DNA of 63,916 nt, filler included, from Octopus bimaculoides (taxonomy: Eukaryota), in the NCBI RefSeq assembly GCF_001194135.2. It is 6 parts of 5 records of this genome, joined end to end, with 100 filler letters (N's around TTAATTAATTAA, not from the genome) between each part and the next. Parts side by side here need not be neighbours in the genome. Positions count along the whole stretch, not along the records: positions 1 to 24,114 come from NC_068984.1; positions 24,215 to 31,000 come from NC_068981.1; 4 more parts are not named here. The stretch is one strand, 5' to 3'. The position numbers and the translations under genes were made by a program. A model generated the notes under the pieces. The model was not told where the DNA came from. It did no database searches and saw nothing but the letters and a program-made list of their open reading frames with translations. Positions within the stretch are counted from its first letter, which is position 1. The number at the start of each line of letters is the position of its first letter. Shown here in pieces: positions 13,791-25,818 of this stretch.

Positions 13791-15034
13791 GCTTTAGTTA
13801 CAAATATTCCATACGCTACTACACCACCAATTTTCAAACAGTGTTACTTATAATCGCGTACATAATTTAATATAGAATAATTAAGACGGTAAATAAAATT
13901 TGAAAGAAATTTAGCTGGCATTTCTAGCAGACATTTTTGTTGGCTTATTTGCTTGCTGATAGATCAATTAATTCTATTTGTCGCACGAGTTAAGTGGAAT
14001 AAATAAATATTTTTGAATTGTATTTTACTCATAACTTATTCTGATAAAATATTCATTGAAGACTTGAAAAAAAAAAGAAGACAATTTAAAATTGACGTAA
14101 TTAAATTACTTTCCAGTGCTTTTTTTTTTCTTACAGTTTAAATTGATTATATTTTCGTTTCTTCCGTTATAAGTGGAAAATGTGTTGATGGTTTGAAGCT
14201 CTTTAGAATATTTAAGTTATTAAGCGATTTAGTGACATTAATCTCTCCAGTCCTTTACAAATTTTATTTCTGAGAATAATTGCGACAAGGTGAACCGATA
14301 TATGTATACTTTTGAAAAGCTCAACAATTAATTTGTACTTCGGTTGCATTCAAAGATACAATGGGCATGCATCGGATAATATATCCGCATTTTTTTGTAA
14401 TCACACAAAATACTAGATGAAATGACTTGAACTGTTTCGATTCCTGTTCTTCGTGTTCTAGGTTCAAATCTTACTCAAGTCTTCCTTCCACAGTTAATAA
14501 AGTACCAGTCTAAGGTGGCGTATTAGCGGACTTATCCGAATTACTATATGCTTCTCATCTCCATGGTAGTATGAGGCTCAATGAAAGAGATCAGAGTTAC
14601 GTGAGGGAGAGGGACCACTAAGTCACGCACCTTCATAGACACATGCGCGCGCAGACACACGCACAAACATATATGCATACATTCAAAGATATATATGAAT
14701 ATATGTATATATGTATATATGCGTATATATCTCCATATGTGTATATTTGAAGGAGGCTGTATTGTATTATTTATTTGTCCTTTTTTGCATATTAGAGGGT
14801 GTATAGGATTATGTTATAATTTTTTAGGGCAGTTTTGTTTTTGGTTTTTAGTAGGTGTATTTTTTATTTTAACTTGGATTGGAAGTTGTCCTGTGGAATA
14901 TCCGGGTTCAATCCCACTGCGTGGAACCTTGGGCAAAAGTCNNNNNNNNNNNNNNNNNNNNNNNNNNNNNNNNNNNNNNNNNNNNNNNNNNNNNNNNNNN
15001 NNNNNNNNNNNNNNNNNNNNNNNNNNNNNNNNNN

Positions 15035-15072
<38 letters not shown>

Positions 15073-16924
15073 GTGTGTGTGTGTGTATGTGTGTGCATGT
15101 GTGTGCATATGTTTGTGTGTATGTGTGTGTCTATGTGTATCTGTGCGTGTGTTTGTTATTCTCATAAACAGGAAATCAATGCACAGTTAAACGCTTGAAA
15201 ATTTCATGAATGTGTCCTACAAGGACTTACAAGACTTTTAATCAAATTATAAATAGAATAGTTACTATGCTAAGTCTGCGGAAAATTTGATCAAATGACC
15301 ATGTTATAGTGTATCAGTTAACCTGAACACGTTCAAGAGATACAATATATCAAAGAATAGAAAGGCTTTTATATAAGTTATGTTGAAATTGGTTAGCGTC
15401 TAAGTACATTTAGTTACTGTGATACATAACTACAGCTAATATGAAGAGACATTTGAAAATAAAACTAAGCCACTCATTCAAATATATATATATATAACGT
15501 GATAAATCATGTGTCTAAAAGAGAGAAATTGGTTTGTGACTTGATTTCCATACATACAAACGTCTATATTCATTTCGCACCACATTTTAAGTACCTCGTT
15601 TGAATGTCGTCGTCTTAGATTTTTATTATATTCAATTAATTTGTATTTATTTATTCATATTGATTTTCCTTGGCTATTCTGCAATCAGCAAGTCACGAAT
15701 CTCTAAAGAGTTCGTCTGGAAAGTGCCACAAAACTGGTTTTCACATTGGTTTGAAGTACATTTCAATATGTTCTCAAATACTTAACGCTATGTTATTGCA
15801 TTTAAGTACTGTGGAAAGCCCATTTATAAAGCTGTGAATGGAAGGAAAAGAAGTACTAAAGAACTTGATGCCGCATTGTAGACCGAAGACATTGGGAACT
15901 AGTCATCGTTTGCTGACACTCCAATTTCGTTTCGTATGAAATCAATTACAGCAAATCATTGGAATTTCTTGTAATTTGAACCATCAAACAAGAGCCATCG
16001 AAAGATATATTGCCATAGCTTTCCTCGAGGTTTTTTTACCATTTAAATTATCCCGACCAGTCCGATTGCTTAACTATTTTATTATAAATATATATGGGTG
16101 GTGACTGAACATAATCGTTTGAGAGACAGATAGAAAAGTCTATATTGTATCACGCTGATTTGACCCCACAAATAAATTAAGAAAAGCACGTGTCATTCAA
16201 CCTTTCGTAGATTATTTAGTAGATATTCTTTACCTACAAATAGATATTCCTTACTTACAAATTTCAGACCTTGTGCTAATGAGTGAAATCATAAAAGATA
16301 AAGACAATAAAGCAAAACAATCAGGCATATAGGATTTACATATAATTTACAACGTGAAGTTACTATGAGATTCGATTTATTTTATTGGTTTTCTCATAAT
16401 TGTTTTTTCAGTATAACTTCATTAATTTGCATTTAAACTATTTACGAAGAGCAGTAATAAAATTAAATAAAGTAGGTGACAAAATTGTCTCATGTCGTCG
16501 ATATTTATAACAGTGACTTGTACATAACTATTGTAATGAGATGTGTATTGAATAAGCATGCGAAAACAACCTACAGTAGTCGGACAACGTCATACTCTAT
16601 CACCAAGTAAAAAGACCACCGTCTCATGACCTGTAGAATAGAAAATGATACTCTCGTACCTTGCACAATGTACACGCTTTCTTTCGCAACAGCAAACATT
16701 TCGAATGTGTTTGAATTCATTTACCTCCAAGCTAAATTTCATACTTCTTATCTCCATGTATCTGTCATCCCTGATAAGTTCTTATGATGATATATATGTA
16801 ATATTGGCAATTGTTACGTATGTGACGTCCGAAAAACTAGAAGTTAAATAAGACTCATGCTGTAGTAGTGATGGTAGGTCTAAAATGGTAAAACACATAC
16901 AAGTATCCAAGGCCAAATCTCCCA

Positions 16925-17225
16925 AAAGGCCGTATGTATCTATGTAAGACTAAAGAAGGCTAATTCTTCTATACTTTAAAATCACGAAATTTTTATAGAT
17001 GCCAGTTTTCGGCCTTCATGCATCTCACGTCGCTTAGATCAAATCAACCTATAAAATAATTTTCATACTGATAGAACTTTTGAAAACACCTACGTTGTCA
17101 ACTTAGTTATATTCCTAGGTTCAGTTTTATTGGTTGAACACTCCCTTCTGTACATTGATCTACACTCTACAGCTTGTAACAGCGCGTACGTCTATGCAGA
17201 CGATAATAAACTGTACTCTACATGA
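16925..17225 (+). pseudogene. Decayed reverse-transcriptase fragment (CR1/L2/Jockey-like LINE)
   Basis: LLYIDLHSTACNSAYVYADDNKLYS with YADD at 17193-17204. Upstream AVCIYVRLKKA resembles the xxIYLDFxKAFD motif. Frameshifted. Confidence 0.6.
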
Positions 17226-18563
17226 ACCGTCTGCATATATGCACCACCCATGGACAAGCTAGATACACACATGAATCTTGACTCACGCTACTGCAAAGAA
17301 AAGGTGTCATAAAAACACCCTCTTGATCTCCACCAAGATCCTAAATATACACTACTATAGAAGTAAAAGTCTTATGTGTTTCTATACATTAGCAACACAC
17401 CATGATTTAAAGGTCTATACAAAATGATGGTAGTAGTAGTCGTTTATGATAGAAGTCAAGGTATATTAGATGATTGAAGAACTAGTAATGACATGAAAAC
17501 CAGAGCAGTACAGGTTGCAAAAAATAATGTGGTCGGTCATTAGGTTGAGACAAGTACAGAGAACACGAACAGAGATAGGCGCAGGCGTGGTTATGTGGTA
17601 ATGCACATATGTCTTGTTTTTCGTGCGGAGTTTCCTAATCATGAATAACACCGTTGATGGTAAAGCATGTAAAACCCTTAAGGTACGTGTTGCTTTCTTA
17701 TGTTAAGGATTCATTTATATTAGAATATTGATATTATAGTCGTGCCTTCGCTGCAGGTTTTCAGAGATTTTATGCATAATTATGGTTTATATGGCTATTT
17801 TTATCCATACTAAACTGTATGATGCCGTGCTGACAAATGCATCCATTGCAATAACCACCTAGACATGAAATTTCTGCATGTATCTCGATAACATGCAATG
17901 AACGCCTTAAAACTGCAGTCTGTTTAGTTTAAATATCTATAGGTTGACGTTTACATAGTAGAGAGTGAACGGAAACGGAATTTTAAATAATTGACGCTTT
18001 AACGTCCATGCTTGTTTCCAGAGTTTTAGTCAGCCCTTGTTTCACACGTTCCGAGTAATATAAAGTTTTCCTTTCATAAGTCATAAGTTACTCTGGTAAT
18101 TGAGAGAGAAATTGAGAATTTGCATCATATATGATGCATGGCCGCCAGGGAATTGTCCTGTGTATCACATGTGATTCACTGGACAGATAAGTGCTTAATC
18201 AATCAGTCAGATGACCTGCTGACTTTGCTTTGGTTGCAATGTAGGTTCTTGTGAGTGAAACATTATCATACTTCAATATATAGGAACGATAATTTATTAT
18301 GTGATTCTTTTTCAGTTTAGTAAAGCACAAGCGACTGATCGAAGCTTATGTATGTTCTAGCTTTGAAGAGAAAGACCATCCTTTGGATTACAACCTAGTT
18401 TGAGACAGTTTCTCCGACTGTAGATTGGGATGTGGTAAAGATACGAATAATAAACTTAATCAGATACAACATAGAATTGTTACATGTTTCATTAACTTGC
18501 AGCTTTCTTATTACAATTTTGCAATGAGCTGAAAAAGGAAGCAAAAAAAAAAGCTGCCTAATA

Positions 18564-19144
18564 CGAGCTTTGAGCAATAAGTATGCGGACTGTTGCCAAA
18601 GTAACGAAGCTAAAGTACGCAGAGTAAAGCCGCTTGACAGATTGAATTTGAACTCTGCTGTGCATGCGCACAAAGTTTTAACGTTCTAGCTCTCTTCCGC
18701 TGTTTACAGCAGTGCTTGGAAGGAAGGTGTGTAACGTGTGATCGTCACATTGACGATGACAGAGAAAGTTGTCATGGCGATACCTGCTCAGAGGCCTACC
18801 AATTTTGTGCCGAAGCTGCCTTCAGCTGACCAAAAAGACACTTGGGTTTCAGTTGCACAAGATCTCCTTGATTGTGTTGAGAACGATGGAAGATATTTGA
18901 AAACTTTGCGTAGACTTCTGAGCAAGTATCGCCAAGCTTTTGGCAAAATTTGATGCAGGTTTTTCTGCTCAATTTTCTCTTTCCTTCCAAGCACTGTTGT
19001 AAAAGGCGGGAGAGAGGTAGAACGTTAAAATTTTGTGCACATGCACAACAGAGATCAAGGTCAATCTGTACCAAGCGGCTTCACTCTGCGTACTTTAACT
19101 TCGTTACTATGGCAACAGTCCAGATACTTATTGATCAGACCACG
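18564..19144. mobile_element. Foldback non-autonomous mariner derivative, copy 1
   Basis: Long inverted arms starting cgagctttgagcaataagtatgcggactgttgcca and ending cagtccagatacttattgatcagaccacg. The right arm on the minus strand encodes EQKTCIKFCQKLGDTCSEVYAK (mariner N-terminus). Confidence 0.85.
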
Positions 19145-19914
19145 CATACTCTCTATTCATTTGTATAAAATCGTGCTTTTATACCTTGTGGCGTCCCAAT
19201 TACCTAACAAATTAATGGATATTAATCATTATCACTCAAATTCAAAAAGAGCTTTGACTTACATATGTCATGAATGGGAAGTGGAAGTGGCTGTGTTTTA
19301 ATTGATTGTCTTGTAGTATTTACTCTTCTTCTCGGCCGAGTTCAAAATCTTCCACTTGCTTTTGCCCATCTTTACTCCTAACATATAAACACAAGAATTG
19401 GATATTATCTGGAATAAATTCAGTTGACTACACAATATCTTTGCCTTGAGAGAATGAAGGAAATCAATTGTATTTATCTATTATAAAAATGTGTATGTTG
19501 AAACACATACATATGAAAAATAGATTTAATAGCATTAGAAACTTTGTCGATGAATGCATTAACTGTTACTTTTGTCACGTTTATAGAAACAACCAAATTT
19601 GTCATCTTTTCTTTCCTGGTGCATCAACTGTCTATAGTTTCTTCTGTGTTTTTTTTCTAAAGATCATAACCCACTGATGTTTAAGCTGTTCACAACCCAT
19701 ATTAATTGTATTATAGGATCACTCAAAATGCAATATTAGCAATTAAAATCTCACTTGGTGGGGTCCGGCCGTGGGGATAATTTCTATAATGTAGGGAGAA
19801 GAAATCACCGATGTTCCGAGATTAATTATTCGCCTTACCTACGTCTCTCACATACAGGACCAAAAAAAGACCAATTTCCACTGCTAACCATGTAATCTTG
19901 TACATAATGTTCAT

Positions 19915-19962
19915 GGTCGAGTCGGTTGTCAATTAAACCGGCTCGACCCTAAGCGTACCTAG
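19915..19962 (+). mobile_element. Helitron-like 3' terminus (GC-rich hairpin followed by CTAG|T)
   Basis: 13-bp stem ggtcgagtcggtt / aaccggctcgacc (one G-T pair), 8-nt loop, 10-nt spacer, CTAG at 19959-19962 followed by T. No 5' end identified. Confidence 0.45.
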
Positions 19963-22900
19963 TGAAGATGGTTTATGGGCACCCAGCAGAATTAGAAATT
20001 CTGAAGAAGGCAGATTAGCTCTTTGAGATATAATTACATTCATATTCTAGGGAGGAAAGGTGTGCCGTCAATATTTACAAGACAAATGAAACACTTGTTG
20101 TAAGTTACATTAATATTTAATTTTATACTAGTCTTGTTGGAGACCGAGAAAGTGCATGACGGAGGAGGTGAAAATATTCAAGTGTCCCAGTGGCAGAAAT
20201 GTTATAGCACTGACATGACTTAACTCTCACTAACTCGAGATCAATGGTAGCACATCTGCTTAAGTCCTTGAATCACATGCTACTGATTTAAAAATAACAT
20301 ATTAGATGATGTAATAGAAATATAAATCCCTTTGGTTGGAGGTATGTTGGATGAAGCCCTGTTTGGGAATAAACAACAAACACAACTACGATACGTACTC
20401 TCACTTCTTACATGTATGAGCAATATCTAGTTATTGTTATTTACAGATAAGAAGACCATGTTAATGCGAGGTAACTATATGTGTCTCATACATTATACCT
20501 TGCTGTTAATAGGATTTAAGCTACTGATATTTTGTCTTATAGTCTGAAGCATTGGCAATTTTATGTTTTGAGCTTCTCTCATACATATACAGGAAAGCTG
20601 CATAGCATTGATGCGTGGATGTTGATCAGGTCGAACGTTCAGTTCCTAGAATGCATTGTATTCCGTCTGTTTAAGCAAAACGATCTATTTCACGTTGTTT
20701 CAGCTTTGCTGTTTTAGTTTGTTGTATAGTGAAACTGTATACCCTTCCCGGTAAAAAGGAGTAGGGACCAGCCATTATAAATAGACCACTCGTCAAGAGA
20801 GGGTCGAGAGTCGAAGAGCTGAGAGTCGACAGTTCTAGTCGGTGTCTTGTGGAGCTATCAGCGATAGTAAGACAGAAGTTAGTGTATTATTATTCAGGTA
20901 CAGTTGTAGATATGTACTAACTGGATACCGGTGAAGCACTCTCTTCTTTCAAATGTCACATTGTGGATCTTCTGTTGAATCAAAAGGGTGAGAGTAGCAA
21001 GAAAATGTTCATATCTGCTCGTGACTGCAAAGGCACATAAAACAATTAGCAAAGGTATGCTGCATGTTACCAAGTTATACTCGCTTGCAAGTAATGGCTA
21101 TCTTTGCAGTACTTTTCATTCAGCTCCACTAACGTTATAGAAAAGAATGATAGTCATTTATACGTAGTTTCAAAAGAGAGATATATTACACATCGTTTCT
21201 TATAATTTTGGCAAGTTCCGTAATGCTTTGAGTACTGAGATTATCTTTGAAGACTTTGTCCTTATGCAGCTTATCAGGGGATAACAAAGTATCAAGGGAT
21301 TACCGTGCAAATTACCAGGTAATTATCAATGATAGCTTGTCACCTTGCCAGAATAGGTAATTTTTTAAAATACTTAATGTGAAGAGTTGAACTTAGTGTC
21401 ATAAATTGATGTCATATTCTCATCAAGTGCACAGTGTTGCAGAGTTCTAGTTTAGTTCTCAGATACAAAACAAAAATAATAATAAGCTGTGAATATTCTG
21501 TCATTTTAAAGATATATTGATGTACATTATCTAATGTGTCGTTTCTTCTTTTAAGGGGTGTGATTTGAGGGGTATTAACCTTTATTTCTAGCAGGTAGAG
21601 GGACAATGTAGAAACTTCCTTGTTGACTAGGTACTGTAGTATGTTGTTTTATATCAATTAGTTGTTCCTACTATTTGAGCCATTTTAGAGTTGTCTTCGC
21701 TTTAGATATAATACATTTCTGAGGACAATGCAGTCAAATATTATTAAGCGACCATTGTCTGCCTGATTCTATCATGATGGCCAATATCATACGATATAAC
21801 ATGTTCGTTTGATTTTAATATGCGCAATTCGGCAGAATATAAAAAATATATGCATAGAAACTGTGTTTTGTATTCTCTGATTCTTATTTCTTTATAAGAT
21901 CATTCGATGTAGACAGTTTTTTTTAAGATAATGGCGATCAAAACAAAGCTGGTTAGATGTTTAACATCTTATACATTTACTATTTCTCCAGTTATCAATA
22001 AAAGAGTGACAGGCGTGATCTTATCAAGACCATAGATATGCTTATAATTTGATATGCCTGCAATTGACTGAAATTTGCAGCTCCAGAATCTTAACAATTT
22101 AGATATATCTTTGAATATCTGATTATTCAGAGAAACTTCTTTTCCTTTCAGACGTCAGCGAGTGTTATTTCTTTTCTGACACATCATCACCTATCTTGTT
22201 AGTATTCGAAAAAATCCCAGTCTAGAAACAGATACTATACTCAATATACTAGATGCACACATAGTCATATTTATGCGTAAGCATAAACATATTCACACAT
22301 GATGAAAATATACACCGACGTATGCACATACGGAAATGCATGCAGATACAAACACACAAATTGAAGAAATACATACGTATACACAAATACGTGAGCGTAC
22401 GTACATACGTAGGTGAAGTATGCAAATGCAATGTAAAACACAGCCCACGCATACTACACGATCAGAAACACATACATATGAAAAATAGATTTAATAGCAT
22501 TAGAAACTTTGAAGTTTCTCAATTTTTTTTTATCAAAAGGATCATATGTGCAGATTTTTGGTGAGGAAATATATTCTATTAAGTTGTTATTACTTTTAAA
22601 ATTTATACCGAGATTTTCTGTTTTAAACTGTCAAGTAAACTCTATTAAAATGTATTTATGAGAAAAATATCAGATTGTTCTTCGAAGACAAAGGAGAAGA
22701 ATTAAAACAAGTATCTTTGAGGCGATTGCGAAGATGTGTTAAAGAAAGTACTGAACAATTTTAATAATTCACTCTCAATCTTTGTACCTCTGTCATTCTT
22801 TAATTCTCTTTTTCTCTCTCATATCTCTGTGTCTCCACCTCTCTACGTCTTTCCCTCAATCTAATCTATGTGTAATTTAACTTAATATCGTTTGATTGTG

Positions 22901-23807
22901 TTTTAATTAAAATTTATTATCATAAAGACCAAAATAGTATTGTCTAGGATGAAGGCCATAAATTTTGAAGCATATCTTTATCTCCTTTTGCAGTAAATGT
23001 TTTCGGAATCTTCAAATATTTCTCTCTGTCTCACTCATTCTAGTTTATAATTTTTATTTTTTTCACATAATAATTAGATGTCTTTTTTACCATTCTATTT
23101 GGTTAAATCTGAGAATAGAAGATATACTGATAAATTGAAAATTCTTTAATCAATTCCACGTTATTTAAGAAAAGATTTAATAAAAATAAAAAAATAACTG
23201 AAAACAATCTAGAAAAACAAAGAAACAATGCCGTAAAAAAGCAACAACATAATAATTTAAGATGAGAAGATTGGTGTGTCACTAATGTTATAGAATATGT
23301 TAGATAGTTGCTTGTGGTTGGTACTGAAAGATTGGAGCTTATAGAAAATACTATTTAACATTAAGCAGTAAGAAGATTTGGATGTGAAAATAATATGATT
23401 AATGCTGCTTCGCTTATTTGCTCTGTCAATCATATGTCAGCGCCGCTATCCATTATTTTCATATCATGTAAATACATGTAAACACTATCATTCTGCATCG
23501 TAGGGTTAGTGGAGCTGACTAAAATACTTTAGTGGGGACGAAGACAGTCAATGTTCTTTAATTCAAGTTTTTGTAGCCTATATGTTTGAAGCCAACAGTG
23601 GTTTGGTTTGACCTTTCATCATTCTAATATCAGTAAGCTACATACTGCATCTTAATTTACCCTGCTTGTATAATGTAGTATAGTACACTCAACAAGCAGA
23701 TGTTTATTTTGGCTAAGCAAGTTGCATGTTAATCTGTACCACATGCAACATGTCTATATCTACATCTATCTACATCTATATCTATCTATCTACATACATA
23801 TGTATAT

Positions 23808-23843
<36 letters not shown>

Positions 23844-24048
23844 GCACACACACACACACACACACATGCACGCGCGCGCACACACATATATGTATATACA
23901 TATGTATATTTGTGAATATGTGTGCATGTATATGCTTATATGTTTATCAGTAATTTTGATTGTATTTGAAGTGAATATGTATACATACATACACACACGT
24001 ATATATATGTTTATATATGTATGTATATGTATGTATATGTATATATGT

Positions 24049-24114
<66 letters not shown>

Positions 24115-24214
24115 NNNNNNNNNNNNNNNNNNNNNNNNNNNNNNNNNNNNNNNNNNNNTTAATTAATTAANNNNNNNNNNNNNNNNNNNNNNNNNNNNNN
24201 NNNNNNNNNNNNNN
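24115..24214. other. Artificial scaffold-join spacer (44 N + TTAATTAATTAA + 44 N)
   Basis: Identical 100-bp layout five times in the window. TTAATTAATTAA gives stops in all six frames. Confidence 0.95.
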
Positions 24215-24818
24215 ATCATTACAAATTTGGGATTTTACCAATAGGACCACAACTTCAATTTCTGGACAACCTTATTTACGGGAGTACACATAGAAAATTA
24301 TATCCAAAATACTAATCTAATAATATAATCATTTTTAAGCCTACTATAACATACTATAAGAATAAAGTACATTAGAATTAATTATAAATTATTTAAGCAT
24401 ATTTTTTAAAAATATATATACCTTACCTGTTATTTGTCCGTGGGGACAGAAGATAATATTAATCAACGCTACACGTGTTTCAGCGCTGGTGGTTTGTTTT
24501 ACCAGGCTATACCTAATACATAAATCCACCAGTGCATCCTCAGGCTATTTTCCTCTTTTTATTATTATTATTAACGGAACCAACTTAATCCTACAAATTC
24601 TAAGATATCTTCATTAAAAATAAGATTAAAAATAAATAAAACTTCGTAATATATTTTCACAAAATTTAAAAGATTTAAATAGTTAGAAAATTGTAAGGTT
24701 TGGAACGGATTAATTATATTTTAGTTAATTTCAATGGGGGAAAATGATTTGAAAAACGAGTAAACCATAAGATGACTCGTTCATGGAACGAATTAAACTC
24801 ACACTGCGAGGTATTCTA

Positions 24819-25075
24819 TTAGGTTGTCCAGAAAGTTCTGAGCGTTTTTAAGCTAAGTCTTTTAACGCTTCATTAAGCACACCTGAACCGTAACACAGTT
24901 GAAACTTTGTTGTTTCTTGAAGTGGTAATGGTGCATCTCTTCTTTGTTCCTGACTAAAAATAGATTTATCTTTCATTCCGGTTAACCTTTATTGACATTT
25001 GAAATGGATAACCCAAAATTTCATATTCGGGTTAAAAAAAGGAGAAAATGCTGCAAAGACTTGCAAAAATATTGC
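24819..25075 (+). mobile_element. Mariner 5' fragment
   Basis: TA + TIR ttaggttgtccagaaagttctgagcgttttt. ATG at 25004 gives MDNPKFHIR, then deleted/frameshifted KKGENAAKTCKNI. Confidence 0.75.
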
Positions 25076-25229
25076 CCCTTGATCGCCAGAAGCTTTAAGC
25101 TTATATAAAAATACCATTATTATTATTATTTACAGGATTGTAAAAACGGCGCCGAATAAAAAATCATTCGCAGGGAAAGCATATATATATATATGACCAT
25201 CCCCAAGTACAATATGACCATCCCCAAGT

Positions 25230-25269
<40 letters not shown>

Positions 25270-25400
25270 TTACGCGTGTATATGTACATATTTATGATGC
25301 TGGGTATGTGTAACTTTTTATCTATATTTCGCTCAAACTTTTGGCGTTTCTGTATATATATCAATGGACATCGGCTTTACTAAAATTTTACAATGTATTT

Positions 25401-25745
25401 AAAAATCCACATAATTCCGGGTTCAGTCCCACTGCGTCGCAAATTGGGCAAGTGTCTTCCACTATAGCCTCGGGTCGACCAAAGCCTTGTGAGTGGATTT
25501 GGTCGGCGGAAACTAAAAGAAACCTGTCGTATATGTATATGCATATATTTATGTATTTCTGTTTGTCCCCCACCATCGCTTGGTAACCTATGTTGGCGTG
25601 TTTACGCCCCCGTAACTTAGTGGTTCGGTAAAAGAGACAGACAGAATAAGTACCAGGCTTACAAAGAATAAGTCTCTGAGTCGATTTCTTCGTCTAAGAG
25701 GCGGTGCTACAGCACGGCCGCAATCAAATGACTGAAACAAATAAA
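25401..25745 (+). mobile_element. SINE family A copy immediately downstream of the 740-aa gene, in opposite orientation
   Basis: Colinear with the copy at 7131-7530 from ttccgggttcagtcccactgcg to caatcaaatgactgaaacaaataaaaaa. Confidence 0.85.
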
Positions 25746-25818
25746 AAATAGAAGAATAATAGTAAAATCATATTTATTTTTCCATTGATTAATTAAAAAA
25801 AGATCTTCGTTATTTATT

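Noticed and set aside
15807-15881. Peptide YCGKPIYKAVNGRKRSTKELDAAL* with a GRKR processing-like motif
   Set aside because: Weak AAG acceptor, no upstream exon found, and short enough to arise by chance.
23722-24162. YIYIYI / HTHTHT / CVCVCV / LSIYLSIY ORFs here and throughout the track
   Set aside because: Translations of di- and tetranucleotide microsatellites, with no splice or compositional support.
24159-24170. TTAATTAATTAA islands as a biological palindrome or array
   Set aside because: Always centred in exactly 44+44 N; an assembly linker.
25190-25233. Short tandem duplications (21 bp here; 15 bp at 8581; 28 bp near 9222; 29 bp near 58060)
   Set aside because: Ordinary two-copy slippage products with no spacer structure; not CRISPR-like or otherwise organised.
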